Assembly (NCBI GenBank): GCA_964558645.1
Contig: CAZLEV010000001.1
Span: 381,568-445,567 of the forward strand
Direction: 5' to 3'
Length of the DNA: 64,000 nt
Origin: an uncultured archaeon
Lineage (GTDB): Archaea; Asgardarchaeota; Thorarchaeia; Thorarchaeales; Thorarchaeaceae
Below are positions 9,072 to 20,900 of the stretch, in pieces; position 1 is the stretch's first letter, and every line of letters begins with the position of its first letter. The notes under the pieces were generated by a model. The model was not told the origin of the DNA. It saw only the letters and a list, made by a program, of their open reading frames with translations, and searched no databases. The position numbers and the translations under genes are program-made.

Positions 9072-9917
9072 ATGAAGATAGCACGTGATTTGTTAGAGAG
9101 AGGTATTGCGCCCGAAGGAGATGAGGTTCGACAGTTGATCAAACAGGTCTCAGACCAGCTGGTATCTGAACCTAACGTTGTGCGAATACCGAAAGGAAAT
9201 CTGGTCCTAATAGGTGACTTGCATGGCGAATACTCTTCTCTGGACGCAATAGTGGGAGAATACCTTCGAACTGATCGACATCTCGTCTTCTTGGGGGACT
9301 ACGCCGACAGAGGGCCGCAACAGGTTCGCACTATCAACACTGTGATTGCTCTCTCGTTGCTCTACCCTGACCGCGTGACGATAATAAGGGGCAATCATGA
9401 ATCGAGAGAGATTGCTCAGGTGTACGGATTCTATAATGCTGTCAATCGAGAGTATGGGCGAGACCTATTCAGAGAGTACTGCCGGTTTTTCGAGGTAATC
9501 CCTCTTGCTGCCTGCAGCACCTCCGGCATCTTTTGTTGTCATGGTGGTATTCCCGAGGAACTCGAATCTCTTGACCAACTCCAGTCGATTGACCGCTTTG
9601 ATGAGAATTTTAGGAATGATATCGTTTTTCAGATGGTCTGGAACGACCCGCAAGAGGGTGACTTCATGTTCCGACCCAACAGCAGGTCCGCTAGGGCACG
9701 GGTATACGGGAAAAAGGCCTTTGACAGATTCAGTGAGAATCTGGGCGTTTCTCTTATGTTTCGAGCCCACGAGGTCTTTGCCAATGGGTACCAGACGTTC
9801 TTCGACAATCGTCTCGTCAGTGTGTTCTCTGCCTCATACAGAGGCATGGCTGAACCAAAGGTTGTTCTGGCGAACACTGATGGCACTTTCCACCCCCGTA
9901 GCATTGATTTAGAGTGA
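9072..9917 (+). CDS. Ser/Thr protein phosphatase, PPP (PP1/PP2A-like) family
   Basis: GDLHG, GDYADRG, RGNHE, HGG, WNDP, RAHE and SVFSA motifs, all in order. Confidence 0.93.
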   Translation: MKIARDLLERGIAPEGDEVRQLIKQVSDQLVSEPNVVRIPKGNLVLIGDLHGEYSSLDAIVGEYLRTDRHLVFLGDYADRGPQQVRTINTVIALSLLYPDRVTIIRGNHESREIAQVYGFYNAVNREYGRDLFREYCRFFEVIPLAACSTSGIFCCHGGIPEELESLDQLQSIDRFDENFRNDIVFQMVWNDPQEGDFMFRPNSRSARARVYGKKAFDRFSENLGVSLMFRAHEVFANGYQTFFDNRLVSVFSASYRGMAEPKVVLANTDGTFHPRSIDLE

Positions 9918-10036
9918 TTCCAAACGTGACAGATCCCGAGTAGTGCAGCTGTACAATGCCTTACATTGAGGCAAATTATTAAGGCAAGTCGTTCGAACAG
10001 ACTCGTCATGCAAGACCCACCAGAGCAGCTTGAGAG

Positions 10037-11125
10037 ATGAATGCAATGCCCAAAGTCGCAGTGGTGAAGACCTCACCAAAGACAATCTTCGATGATATCG
10101 CCCGATTGATGGATCTGGCGGACTACGACCAGCATATGTCGAAGGATGTTATGACAACCATCAAGCTGAACCTCTCTTGGAGCAAGTTCTATCCTGCCTG
10201 TTCTACGAATCCATACATCCTGGATGGCGTGCTTCGAAAACTCATCTCTGATGGATTTGACAGCCGATCGATTCAGGCTGTTGAGAATGAGACTGTTGTC
10301 ACAAACATCTACGAGGGCGTCAAGAAGAACAACTGGTATCCTGTGATGCGCAAGCACAAGATCAGCTTTCTCCCGCTCATCAATGCCAACTATGTTGATG
10401 TCGAACTCCCACAAGAGACCCTTGTCCTTGAAGATATCTTTCGAGAAGTCATCGCTCCTGAGGAGATATTTGACACAAACATCATGCATCTTCCAACCAT
10501 AAAGACACATGGTCATACTCAGATGACCGGTGCGATGAAGGACTCATTTGGTCTATATCTCACGAAGAACCGCCATCTTGCTCATCTGAAGATACACGAA
10601 GTCCTTGTTGACCTCTTGCTTCTTCAGAAGACAATCTCACACTCCGAGTTCGTTGTGACCGATGGAACAGTGATGGGTGACGGCGCGGGACCAAGAACAA
10701 TGGAACCTAAGATCGGCAACATTCTCCTGGCTACACATGACATGGTTGCTGCGGACGCAGTTCAGACGAGGCTCATGGGTCTCGACCAAAGCCTGGTCAG
10801 AAAGCTTCAGATTGCGAAGGAACTAGGTCTGGGTGAGAATGATCCTGAAAGCATCGAGATCGTCGGAGATTTCGAGTCTTGGAAGGATCTGCCAAATTTC
10901 CATCTCAAGACCGGCAAGAGCCCAGTGATAACATGGAATCGAGGATTCTTACGTTTCCCCGGGATGGAAACATTTCTATTCCGGTCCCCTCTCATGTGGG
11001 TGCCTACTCAGCTATCGGGCCTCTATCATGATGGTATCTGGCTTCCTCTATTCGGAAAGAAATGGGTCAACTGGTTCCTTGAAGAAACTGAGTGGGGCGA
11101 GCTGTGGAAATCATACTCTCAGTAG
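10037..11125 (+). CDS. DUF362-family protein
   Basis: IKLNL, T(N)P, LPTIKTH..T.MTGAMK, DG..GDGAGP, DMVAADAV: typical DUF362 pattern. Confidence 0.82.
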   Translation: MNAMPKVAVVKTSPKTIFDDIARLMDLADYDQHMSKDVMTTIKLNLSWSKFYPACSTNPYILDGVLRKLISDGFDSRSIQAVENETVVTNIYEGVKKNNWYPVMRKHKISFLPLINANYVDVELPQETLVLEDIFREVIAPEEIFDTNIMHLPTIKTHGHTQMTGAMKDSFGLYLTKNRHLAHLKIHEVLVDLLLLQKTISHSEFVVTDGTVMGDGAGPRTMEPKIGNILLATHDMVAADAVQTRLMGLDQSLVRKLQIAKELGLGENDPESIEIVGDFESWKDLPNFHLKTGKSPVITWNRGFLRFPGMETFLFRSPLMWVPTQLSGLYHDGIWLPLFGKKWVNWFLEETEWGELWKSYSQ

Positions 11126-11128
11126 AAG

Positions 11129-12085
11129 GTGAAAAGCATGGTGTTCAGAGACTATCTTAAAATGATGCGGCCACATCAATGGTACAAGAATACTCTTGTC
11201 TTCCTAGCTATCATCTTTGGGAGGATTACGATAGATGACATTGAGTATCCCACTCTGTTTCTCCTCGACAAGTATTTTCCATTGTTTGTGGGCTTCGCAA
11301 TTCTATGCATGATTTCGAGTGCAGGCTATCTATTGAATGATATAGCGGATCTAGAAAAGGACGCTGCTCACCCCGAAAAGAAGGAACGACCTCTTCCATC
11401 GGGTTCTGCGTCCCCTCGGATTGCGACTGCCTTGGCGTCAGTTCTGATGGTCGGCGGCCTGATTCTTTCCACATTCAATACCATGTTCTTGCTGGTTGTC
11501 ATTCTCTACATCATCAACTCTCAAGCATACAATCACTTCCTGCGCAACTATGCTGTCGTTGATGTTTCTACAATAGCCATTGGTTTCATACTTCGAGCTG
11601 TTGCCGGAGCGTTCCTGATACGAGTTCCCTTCACCTCTTGGTTGGTTATTGGGGTCTACTTCGTTGCGCTTGTGCTCGGATTTGGAAAGCGAAAGAATGA
11701 GTTACAGCTCATGGGCGAAGATGCTGCTGAGCACAAACCCGTGTTTACGCAATACACCGAGCAGATGCTCGATCAAGGTGTTCAGATGTCTGCAACATGG
11801 GTGGTCCTCTTCTATGCGCTCTACTGCTATGAGAACTACCGTACAGTCATGCTAGAACAACCGGTCATGCTTACGATTCCGTTTGTTGCTGGATTGGTAT
11901 TGCGCTACCTGTATCTTCTCAACAATGGGAGCCCCGTTGGCCGGAAACCACATCTTGCAATCCGTGATAAGGGCATACTGGTGGGCGGCATCTTATTCGG
12001 ACTTGTGCTCTTCTGGACTCTCTTCTTCTGGGTTCCGGTTTTGGAATTCTTTCTGGAGCTGTTTCCACCGCTCTACTATTGGTGA
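11129..12085 (+). CDS. UbiA-family polyprenyl-phosphate phosphoribosyltransferase (DPPR synthase-like)
   Basis: RPHQWYKN, YLLNDIAD...D..HPEKKERPL.SG, GFILRA..G, FGKRKNEL, LRYL: signature of the Rv3806c-like subfamily. Confidence 0.88.
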   Translation: MKSMVFRDYLKMMRPHQWYKNTLVFLAIIFGRITIDDIEYPTLFLLDKYFPLFVGFAILCMISSAGYLLNDIADLEKDAAHPEKKERPLPSGSASPRIATALASVLMVGGLILSTFNTMFLLVVILYIINSQAYNHFLRNYAVVDVSTIAIGFILRAVAGAFLIRVPFTSWLVIGVYFVALVLGFGKRKNELQLMGEDAAEHKPVFTQYTEQMLDQGVQMSATWVVLFYALYCYENYRTVMLEQPVMLTIPFVAGLVLRYLYLLNNGSPVGRKPHLAIRDKGILVGGILFGLVLFWTLFFWVPVLEFFLELFPPLYYW

Positions 12086-12090
12086 GATCT

Positions 12091-12762
12091 ATGAGCGGAC
12101 GTATGTCAGCCTTTGATATGCATAGTCACAGTTTCCACTCAAAAGACGGGATGATTCACCTGAGCGACTTTTTCCCCTTGATGAAGAGGCGAGGTCTCAG
12201 GGGAATGGCACTCACAGAGCATGAGAAACCATCCATCCTGAAACCGATACAGCACGATGACTGTTTTCTGCTGAATGGTTGCGAGTTCAAGTCCACGGAT
12301 TATGGTGAACTCATCGGATTGTTCATCTCAGAACCTATCAAGAATCGATCCTTCAGTGAGATAGCCGAAGACATCCATGACCAGAATGGCCTCACCATCC
12401 TACCTCATCCATGCGACCCACTGCGGAAACATACAGCCCTGCGTAGAGGATTGCCGAAGGACTTGATTGTCAAACATGTTGATCTGATTGAGGGTATCAA
12501 CTCTAGGTGCATCATAGACCTATTCAACAAGAAAGCCCAGAAGCTTGCAAAGCAACTTGATAAGCCTATGACCGCGGGGAGTGATGGTCATAGCTTCCTT
12601 GAGGTAGGACATGCAAAGACTTGGCTACAAGATGTTGAAGATGTGGGAGATATCTATGAGGCGTTGAAAGCAGGGAGGACACAGATCTCTGGATATTGCT
12701 CACTTCCTTTATGGCACGTACCTACTGTTATCTGGCAACGGGTAAGGAAGCTGGGAAGATGA
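12091..12762 (+). CDS. PHP-domain metal-dependent phosphoesterase
   Basis: DMHSHS..S.DG, TEHE, GCE, PHP, GSDGH. Start set at ATG 12091 (track uses TTG 12079). Confidence 0.9.
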   Translation: MSGRMSAFDMHSHSFHSKDGMIHLSDFFPLMKRRGLRGMALTEHEKPSILKPIQHDDCFLLNGCEFKSTDYGELIGLFISEPIKNRSFSEIAEDIHDQNGLTILPHPCDPLRKHTALRRGLPKDLIVKHVDLIEGINSRCIIDLFNKKAQKLAKQLDKPMTAGSDGHSFLEVGHAKTWLQDVEDVGDIYEALKAGRTQISGYCSLPLWHVPTVIWQRVRKLGR

Positions 12763-13802
12763 CCGAAGAATCGGAACTTGACGAAGGGAACGGGAAACCT
12801 CTCATCAGCGTTCGCCACCTGATTCTGTTTGTGTTCATTGGAATGATCATTTACTTGGTCATCTTATTCTATGGGCGGATTGATGAAGTCCTATCTGCAA
12901 TAGGGGCTATTCCATGGTGGTGGGCTATCCCTGCAATGATGGGGTTGTCTCTCATCAATTATGGGATTCGTTATCTGAAATGGAACTACTATCTTAGACG
13001 CATCGACATCAATCTTTCACACGTAGACTCCTTCAGTATATTTTTAGCTGGGTTCACATTGACTGTATCACCTGGAAAGATGGGGGAGGCAATCAAAGGC
13101 TACTTCTGTAACGAGCTTGATGGAACACCCGTAGCTAAGACCGCTCCAGTGGTGATATCTGAGCGAGTGACCGACCTGTTGGCTATGGTCTTGCTTGCGG
13201 GGCTTGCTTTCATCATTGGATTCGGTGGAGAGAACCAACTTGTCCTCCTTGGTCTTGTTGGAGTTGTAGTGGTGGTTGGGGCCCTACTACTCGGTAATCG
13301 AACATTTTATGAGAGGATTTTGCAGAGGCTGACCTCAATTGGTCCATTGAAGCGATTTCAGGATAGCTGTGAACACATCGAAGAGACCATGACAAGCACC
13401 CTTTCACCGAAACCCCTTGTGGTGAGCACTCTGATCAGCATCCCTGGCTGGTTCATGGAGTGCCTTGAGCTCTGGCTTCTGCTTAGTCTTATCACAGGCG
13501 GAGGGCTACCGAGTCTGGCTCCTTCATCACTTGCACTGCTTGTTCAGGCGACATTTGTGCATGCCACCGCCTCTTCGGTAGGGGCAGTCCTGATCTTCCT
13601 ACCCGGTGGTCTTGGAGGTTACGAGGGCGTGGCTATATCCATAATGGAGATTCTTGTCGGCATTGCAAGGAATCTCGCTGTTGCTTCGACAATAATCATC
13701 CGTTTTGTGACTCTATGGTTCAGTGTGGCGGTTGGATTTGTCGGTCTTGGAATCGTTCAGCATAGGAAACGCTCTCGAGAAGCGGCCATGCACCAAGCTT
13801 AA
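12759..13802 (+). CDS. Lysylphosphatidylglycerol-synthase TM / UPF0104 flippase-like membrane protein
   Basis: RYLKW, SPGKMGEAIK, ERVTDL, PGGLGGYEG, RFVTLW. ATG 12759 overlaps the PHP stop (ATGA). Confidence 0.88.
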   Translation: MTEESELDEGNGKPLISVRHLILFVFIGMIIYLVILFYGRIDEVLSAIGAIPWWWAIPAMMGLSLINYGIRYLKWNYYLRRIDINLSHVDSFSIFLAGFTLTVSPGKMGEAIKGYFCNELDGTPVAKTAPVVISERVTDLLAMVLLAGLAFIIGFGGENQLVLLGLVGVVVVVGALLLGNRTFYERILQRLTSIGPLKRFQDSCEHIEETMTSTLSPKPLVVSTLISIPGWFMECLELWLLLSLITGGGLPSLAPSSLALLVQATFVHATASSVGAVLIFLPGGLGGYEGVAISIMEILVGIARNLAVASTIIIRFVTLWFSVAVGFVGLGIVQHRKRSREAAMHQA

Positions 13803-13838
13803 AACATCGTCAAGATTTCATTCGCAATTGTGAGGCAA

Positions 13839-14876
13839 ATGAAGGGAACTAAGGACTCTCTGAATCCATCATTCGAAATTGCGGTCAGGAATGCTGAAGA
13901 AGTCGTGACCGAGGAAGAAATTCGTACAATAGTCGAAGGCAAATCTGGATTCAACTTCTATTATGGCACTGCACCTACAGGCCCTTTTCATTTTGCATAT
14001 CTCATTCCACTCAACAAACTCGTCCAGTTGTCTGACATAGGCGGCCGAGGGACAATTCTGCTTGCTGACTATCACTCCCATCTGGACTCTCAGAAGACTT
14101 CCTTTGAGCTCATGGAGCTTCGATCCAAATACTATGAGGAATGCATCCGTGGAGTGCTAGGTAAGCATTCAGACAAAATGGATTTCCGTCTTGGTTCCAG
14201 CTATCAGCATAAGCGCGATTATGTCGAGGACCTATACCGCGTAGCGGCCAAGGTCACAACAACACGAGCAAAACGAGCTGCTAGTGAAGTCGTCAGGATG
14301 CGAGGAGAGGCAAAGGTTTCTGAGCTTCTGTACCCTCTTCTACAGATTCTTGATGTCAAGTACCTCCAGGCGGACATTACGGTTGGGGGCATCGATCAAC
14401 GGAACATCTACATGCTGGGTCGTGAAGTCCTCGAGGATGTGGGCTTCAAGAAGGGCAGCTACATCTTCATGCCTTTGCTTCCATCTCTTAGAGGTGGGGG
14501 AGCCAAGATGTCCGCCAGTGATCCGTTGTCCCATATCCGGGTGACGGATGAACCTGCTGCGATTCGTCGAACAATCAAGAAGGCATATTGTCCTGCAGGT
14601 GATCTAAAAGCAAACGCAATCACATCCACAGTCCGCTACATCGTCATGCCCCGCTTTGGGAAGCTTGAGATTGAGAGAAAGGAGAAGTTCGGCGGGGATG
14701 TAAGCTTCGATTCGATTGACGTGTTCGAAAAAGCATATGTCAACGAAGATATTCATCCCATGGACGTGAAGAAGGCTGTTTCCGAGGCACTTATTGACCT
14801 GCTCGAGCCTGCCCGTAAGTACTTCGAGAAGCATCAGGACTTGCTCGAAGAAGTAGAGAAGACATTTGAGACCTAG
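13839..14876 (+). CDS. tyrS: Tyrosyl-tRNA synthetase (archaeal type)
   Basis: YYGTAPTGPFHFAY (HIGH-like), LYPLLQILD, GGIDQR, KMSAS, IKKAYCP, HPMDVK. Confidence 0.95.
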   Translation: MKGTKDSLNPSFEIAVRNAEEVVTEEEIRTIVEGKSGFNFYYGTAPTGPFHFAYLIPLNKLVQLSDIGGRGTILLADYHSHLDSQKTSFELMELRSKYYEECIRGVLGKHSDKMDFRLGSSYQHKRDYVEDLYRVAAKVTTTRAKRAASEVVRMRGEAKVSELLYPLLQILDVKYLQADITVGGIDQRNIYMLGREVLEDVGFKKGSYIFMPLLPSLRGGGAKMSASDPLSHIRVTDEPAAIRRTIKKAYCPAGDLKANAITSTVRYIVMPRFGKLEIERKEKFGGDVSFDSIDVFEKAYVNEDIHPMDVKKAVSEALIDLLEPARKYFEKHQDLLEEVEKTFET

Positions 14877-14877
14877 A

Positions 14878-14895
14878 GGGAGTATCGGGACTCCC
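14878..14895. terminator. Short hairpin between convergent tyrS and giant protein gene
   Basis: GGGAGT (14878-83) / ACTCCC (14890-95) in a 28-nt convergent gap. Confidence 0.35.
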
Positions 14896-14904
14896 CCGTT
14901 GGTT

Positions 14905-17900
14905 CTAGTCTATGTCGATGCCAAGACTCTCCAGTAACGCCTTCAGATCAGCCTTTGAGAGGTTCTCGGCCTCTTCAAGTATCGTATCTATCTCATCCGA
15001 TGACATGCCCTTCTTTTCGAGTTTCATCTTCAGGTCCTGAAGTTCCTCCGGTAGGTCTCCGAGGGTCAGTTCTTCTTTGACCTCCAGCTCCTCTACGCCT
15101 GCGAGTTCGTCCGCTCGTCTTGCCTCCTCTTGGATAATGACCTCTTTGATGAATCCCGGTCTCTCACTCGGCTTCATCCTTGCGAGGTCAAGTCTGAAGG
15201 CCTCAATCTCTTCATCGCCTAGGCCAGTAATCTCAGCAAGCCTCTTGAGGAGTTCGTCCACCTCAGGCACAATCGCTCGGATGGTCTCACCTTCTACCTC
15301 CTCCAATGTCTTGGTTACGCCAGAAGGTCGTAGCTCCTCATTTGCAATCTGAAGAATCGTCTTCCTACGAGATGGAACGTCTGCAGGCTTCGGCACTCCT
15401 CCTCGAGCTAGTTTACGAATCATTGCGTTCATTACGCGTACTAGTTTGGGAACGCTCCAGATTCTCACATACAGGAAGAGAAGGGCGGCAAAAAGGATGA
15501 GCCCTATGCTTCCGTAGGTTGTTAGCGCCTGAGTCAGGACTTGTGCCGCAGATGGGTCTGAACGTATCTCGAATTGGATCGATTGAGTTTCATAGAGCTC
15601 CTTTGTGAAGGCGACGCTCATAATAAAGGTACCTGCCTCGTTCACTTGGAGTAGTAGAATGTATGTACCGTTACCTAGAGATTGAAGCCTGTCCGGATAG
15701 TATGTGAGACTGCCAGTCCCAAAGCTCACATCTGGAACTACGTTTTCTATTCCTACTCCGTGGTCTAAGTCCCAATAGGTGATGGTGACCTGGATTGCTG
15801 AGCCCGGTATCGTCTGGACAGTTGTGTTGGATACCATTAATGTGGTACGGATTCTTCGTACATCAAGGTCAATCGTGTGAACGGGGACAGAGTACATGGT
15901 GCCAGTGAAGCTTACTTCTATGGTGTAGAGACCTATGGGGAGGTCACTGGGAACGTTCAATACGAAGCTCCCGTTCCCGAGCTGTGTGAGTTCCGCTTGA
16001 CCAATACCCTCGAAGAAAGCCAGCCCATTCACGTCCGAAATCGTTACCTGTGTCAGGTCATTGACAACTGTCAGAACAGCGCTAGTTCCCTCACCAATGG
16101 GTATCGATAGGCTCTCTGTTCCTTCGACATGAGCAGGCGTTCTAGCCATGGCAAGAATTAGCCTGATCGATGCAGTGTCGTAGTTGTCCAGAGAACCCTG
16201 AATCTGGATTTCATAGTTGCGCGGAACTGTGACATTGATGAACACTGTGACCGTATAAGTTCCATTGGCATCATCAGTGACAAGTCCTGATCCGCCATCC
16301 CAGATAACCACCAGTTCAGCACCGACTACTGGTTGGTTGTTATAGGTGTCATTCAGATACAGTGAGTATGTGACATTGTAGCCATGGTATCCGGATTGAG
16401 TTGACGTGTCTGTTTCGAACTTCGTCGGCAACGGAACAATACTTGCGAGAGACCTCAACTGAGATGTTGAATAACCCTCTCTTGATGCGGTCAATCTCAG
16501 ATAGAGTGTTTGTGAGCCTATTGGAGTTGTGTTGATGTTTGCCCTGTAGCTCCCGTCAGGTTGCTCAATAAGCTCCCCTGACAGAGTACCTAGAGTATAC
16601 GTAAGATTCGCTCCAAGTATCTTCTGGTTGTTGTCTTCGTTCATGTAGTCTACAGATATGACTATTGAGCTACCGTAGTAGACAGTAAGGTGAGTGATGT
16701 CTTCATCTATCTGTAACCTCGTCGGAACTGGCACGATGTTGATATCGACAGAGGTTTCCAAGAATGCGAAGTTTGTTTCTATCGCCCGAACTATCAACTC
16801 GTATTCTCCCAATGGGAACCCTGACATATTTAGACTCACGATGTAGAAGCCTGGTGTTCCGTTATTGGGAACAAGGTAGTCCGTTCCGTTCCACTCGATT
16901 GATACTTCATCTGCAGTGACAGGCTCGTTTCGACCAGTATCATTGAGATAGACCCAGAAAACAAGGTTGGTGTCGGTGACCACATTAAGTATCGATTGTT
17001 CGAGTACTATCTGACCGGTTCCTCTCGATACTGACAGTGTGAATGTTCTCTGTCGTGTCTGATAAAACTCCCGTGATACTGTTATTTGGGGCTGGTAGGT
17101 ACCATAGTCGTTATCACGTGTGTTCAGATACAGCTCGTAGGTGCCGTCCTCGTTGTCCGAGAAGGTGTATTCTGTGTCGTTCCAGACGAGTACCGCATCC
17201 ATGCCTGGTACCAGCGTGCCGTGATAGGGTTCTTCCACTTCAATGATAATATGAACCATACTGCCCCAATCGGCATAATATGTCGTTCTGTCCATCACTA
17301 TCTCAACTGTGAGGGCACCCGGTTGGATGGTAACAGATGCAATACCAGTCGAATAGTTCTCAAGCTGAGCTTGGATCTCGAATGGGTATTTCTGCGCTAT
17401 CAGGCCAGTAGTATTGATTGCGATTTGATAGATGCCTGCAGCAGTTTCTGTTATGGTCACTTCAGTCGCATAGAGCGCTTCCCAGTTGGTCGTTACAAGT
17501 GCGTCACTCAGCACACCTCCATGGTCTGCATCAGTGAATGTTACATTGACTCGGTGAATGTCACCCAATGGTAGCGATCCGAGTGGAGGTGCTTCTGCAC
17601 TAAGCGCAGTCTGTATCAGCCTGATTGTTGCTGGAACATCGGTTGTGGTTCTATTCGAGTAGAATGGTATTCCGGTCTTGCCCATTGTTATGTTGAAGAA
17701 TATGACACCTGCACCTCCAAACTGGGAGGTGGGAATCAGAATCCTGTAGGTTCCTTCACCTATCTCTTCCAAGTAGTAAGTTGCAGAAGTCAGGTTTGTG
17801 AACGAGATTGTTGCAGAGGCATTCTCTATCCCAGCATCAGACAGATAGTCTACAAACTCGAATTCAACAGTGATATTGCTCAATAGAGGAGTTTCGTCAA

Positions 17901-20900
17901 CCAATGGGAACAGTATTTGTGTAGGCCTTTCGGTTGTCGTTGCTTGGGTCGTCTTTTCGCGACTAGCATAGTATGGCTCGACACCGGACTTGTTGACCAG
18001 AAGGCGAATCTCATGAGCAGTAACCAAGTTCTCCGAATCAAGAACCGTAGACTTGAGGCTTATGTGATATACATCTTCTGTCATATCTAGGCTGTATTCG
18101 GCTGAAGTGATTATCGTACTTGTCGGACCATGAAACAGAGTAATGTGTGTCTTATTGATACTAATGACTTGTCCTGTCAGGTAATCGGTGAAACGAAATG
18201 AGAATGTCACGTTTTCTTCGAACGGCGTTTCGCCGGGCGTCTGAGTGATCAATATCTGAGTTGGCCGCTCGACAACTCTTGCGTTTATGAACCTGCCAGA
18301 GGTCGCGTAGTATGGCTCTCCACTCCATGACAGAGTCACATTTAGTGAATAAGTCGCAAGCCCACCGAGAGCTTGAGTTTCAATGCGTATCAGGTAGTCG
18401 CCATTTCCGATATCAGTGAACCAGTAATTGACGCCTGGCTCCAGCGAATCCGTTGAATCATCACAAGAAACAAGCACCGCTGCCCCGCTGATCTGGGTTC
18501 CAGTAGTGTCATCAGAGTACGAGACTGTGAAGCTCACGTTAGTACCATAGGGTGCGGGGTCCGGGCTGTCATAGCCAAGTTGCGTGACTCTATCCAATAT
18601 TGAAAGACTGAGTATCTCTCCGGCATCAGCAGCGAAGTTAGTCCCGTTGTAGACTATGGTGGCGTTGATTATGAAGATGCCAGTTGTGGAGAAGGAGGTG
18701 TTGAGTTTCACCATATAGTGACCGTTTCCTAGTCCTGTAACCGTATACCATCCTTCTAGAGTGGTGTTTAGCATCAAGTTACCTGTCATGCCGGAGCTAC
18801 TGCCTGCAATCAGGTCTGTATAGACAAACTCGATTGATACGTCGTTCCCCCACTGTGGAGGAGTGAACGAGAGATGTGTCAGCTGGGTGCTGCGTAGGGT
18901 CACGGTGATGCCAAATGACTTGCTACTGATCGACGTGTAGTATGGCTCTCCTACCCATGATAGGTTCAGGTGGAGTGTAAAAGTACCCGTACCACCGAGT
19001 GTTGCTGTGTCTATCGCTATTGTGAATGTTCTTGTTCCGGAATCATAATTCAGTGAGTAAATGACGCCGCCTTCATTTAGAGATATGGAGAGAGAACTAG
19101 AATTCTCGATTCTCACACTCGTCAGAGAGTCTATGTAGCCAAACTGGAAGTATGCATCTTCTCCGTATGGCGTGATATCCGCAGATGAGTAATCAACATA
19201 AGTTGGTCTTTCAAGTATGATTAGACTCACTGTCAGAGTCTTGTTCTCATAGAGTGGACTCACGCCCTCGCTCCATTCGAAATCTATTTGGAACTTGAAA
19301 GTACCCACAAGCCCAAAGCGCGATGAATCGAGAGAGAACCTGTAGGTTCCGGGGTTGCCCACGAGCTCTGTTACTTCGAAATCATTTTGCGCCACAGAAT
19401 GTCCGGAGGTTATTGTTGTGATTCTGAGCCAGACGTCTCCTGTGGATGCATTTGAGATGCGAGTTCCATTCACAGCGTCATAGTAGACGACTGTAAACGT
19501 GAAGTTATTCAAGTAGTAGGTTGCTGTTGGCGCTTGTTCAAGATAGAGGTCGGTCGCCGTCCCAAGGACTCTGACTTCCGTCAATATGGTCTGATTGTAG
19601 TACTTCTCCACTGCTCCTATCCACTTTGCTTCTATGGTCAAATCTTTCCATCCGATGCTTCCCCATTGGTCGCTTGCGATCGTGATGTTATAGTGTCCCT
19701 CACCCAAGCTGGATTCAGAGACTGAATATAGGAGATCGAGTACTCCTGAGGAGCTGACCGATATCTGAACGTTTCCGGAGTTGTTGTTGATTCCCGTTCC
19801 CAGATCTGTGTCACGATACTCGACAAGTACGATTATGCTCTGCCCGTAGGGTGTCTGCTCCACAGGGCTATCAAGAACAAATAGCGTGTTATGACTTCGG
19901 ACCTGTACACCAATAGAGAAGGTGTGATTTTGATAATTCTGTCGTCTGACATTGAACTCGACGTTGTAGAACTCATCTGTCCCTGTTATTTCGTCGTCAT
20001 CCTCAGTGAAGATTGTTATCTCATATACTCCATCATCTATCTCGACTACAGTGTAGTTCTGTTCACCGCTCTCGTGGAACGGAGTCCAATTGCAGGTTAT
20101 GTAAGATGCGCCACCTGTTATCGGAACGTCGAGCTCGCTGTCAAACCATGTCAGTGTGAAGGAGTCCGATTCTCCTACAGGAATCGACAATCGGTTGGCG
20201 GAATACGAGACGCGATTGTAGATCTCACGTACCTCCACATATATGACCATTTCAGCAATCTCAACGAAAGGGGCATTTGCTTGAACTAGCACAGGATATT
20301 CATCCAGAGGCACTGTTGAGCTATCAAGGTCGATTCTATATACTCCCAATCCCTGTTCGGTCACAGTGTAAGACTGGCTCCAGTTAGACGTGACAAGTGC
20401 TCCCACTATCCCGGTTCCGTTCACGTTCTTGAAGGAAACGTTGAAGCTTTGGTCGCTCCCTATTGCTCCGGATATTCCCGGGTATTGTGGTGATTCAAGT
20501 GTTGAAGCATAATTCACATTGAGCGTGATGGTGGCCTGGGCAGCATCGTAACTACTCTTCGACCAAGTGAGATCCACATCATATTGTCCCTTTCCGGGAA
20601 GCATGGATGTGTCCAGTACTTTGGTGTACTCGCCGTTGCCGCTGTCATCAAATGAATCTGCACCGTCATACCATGAATACTGTAGATTGCCCCCAGGAAC
20701 TAAGATGTCACTATCGGTGTCATTGGCCTCTACGATAAGAAGAACAAGGTCTCCGAAGGTTACGTTGGTGGTCCATGTGCCCACTGCATCATCTGGGTAG
20801 CTGATTACTAGCTCAGAGGAGTGAGTCACTGTGAAGGGCCTTCTGAAGAATCCAGTGTTTTGCCATTCGCCGTTTGCGGCCAAGTCATTAGTAGATGCCT

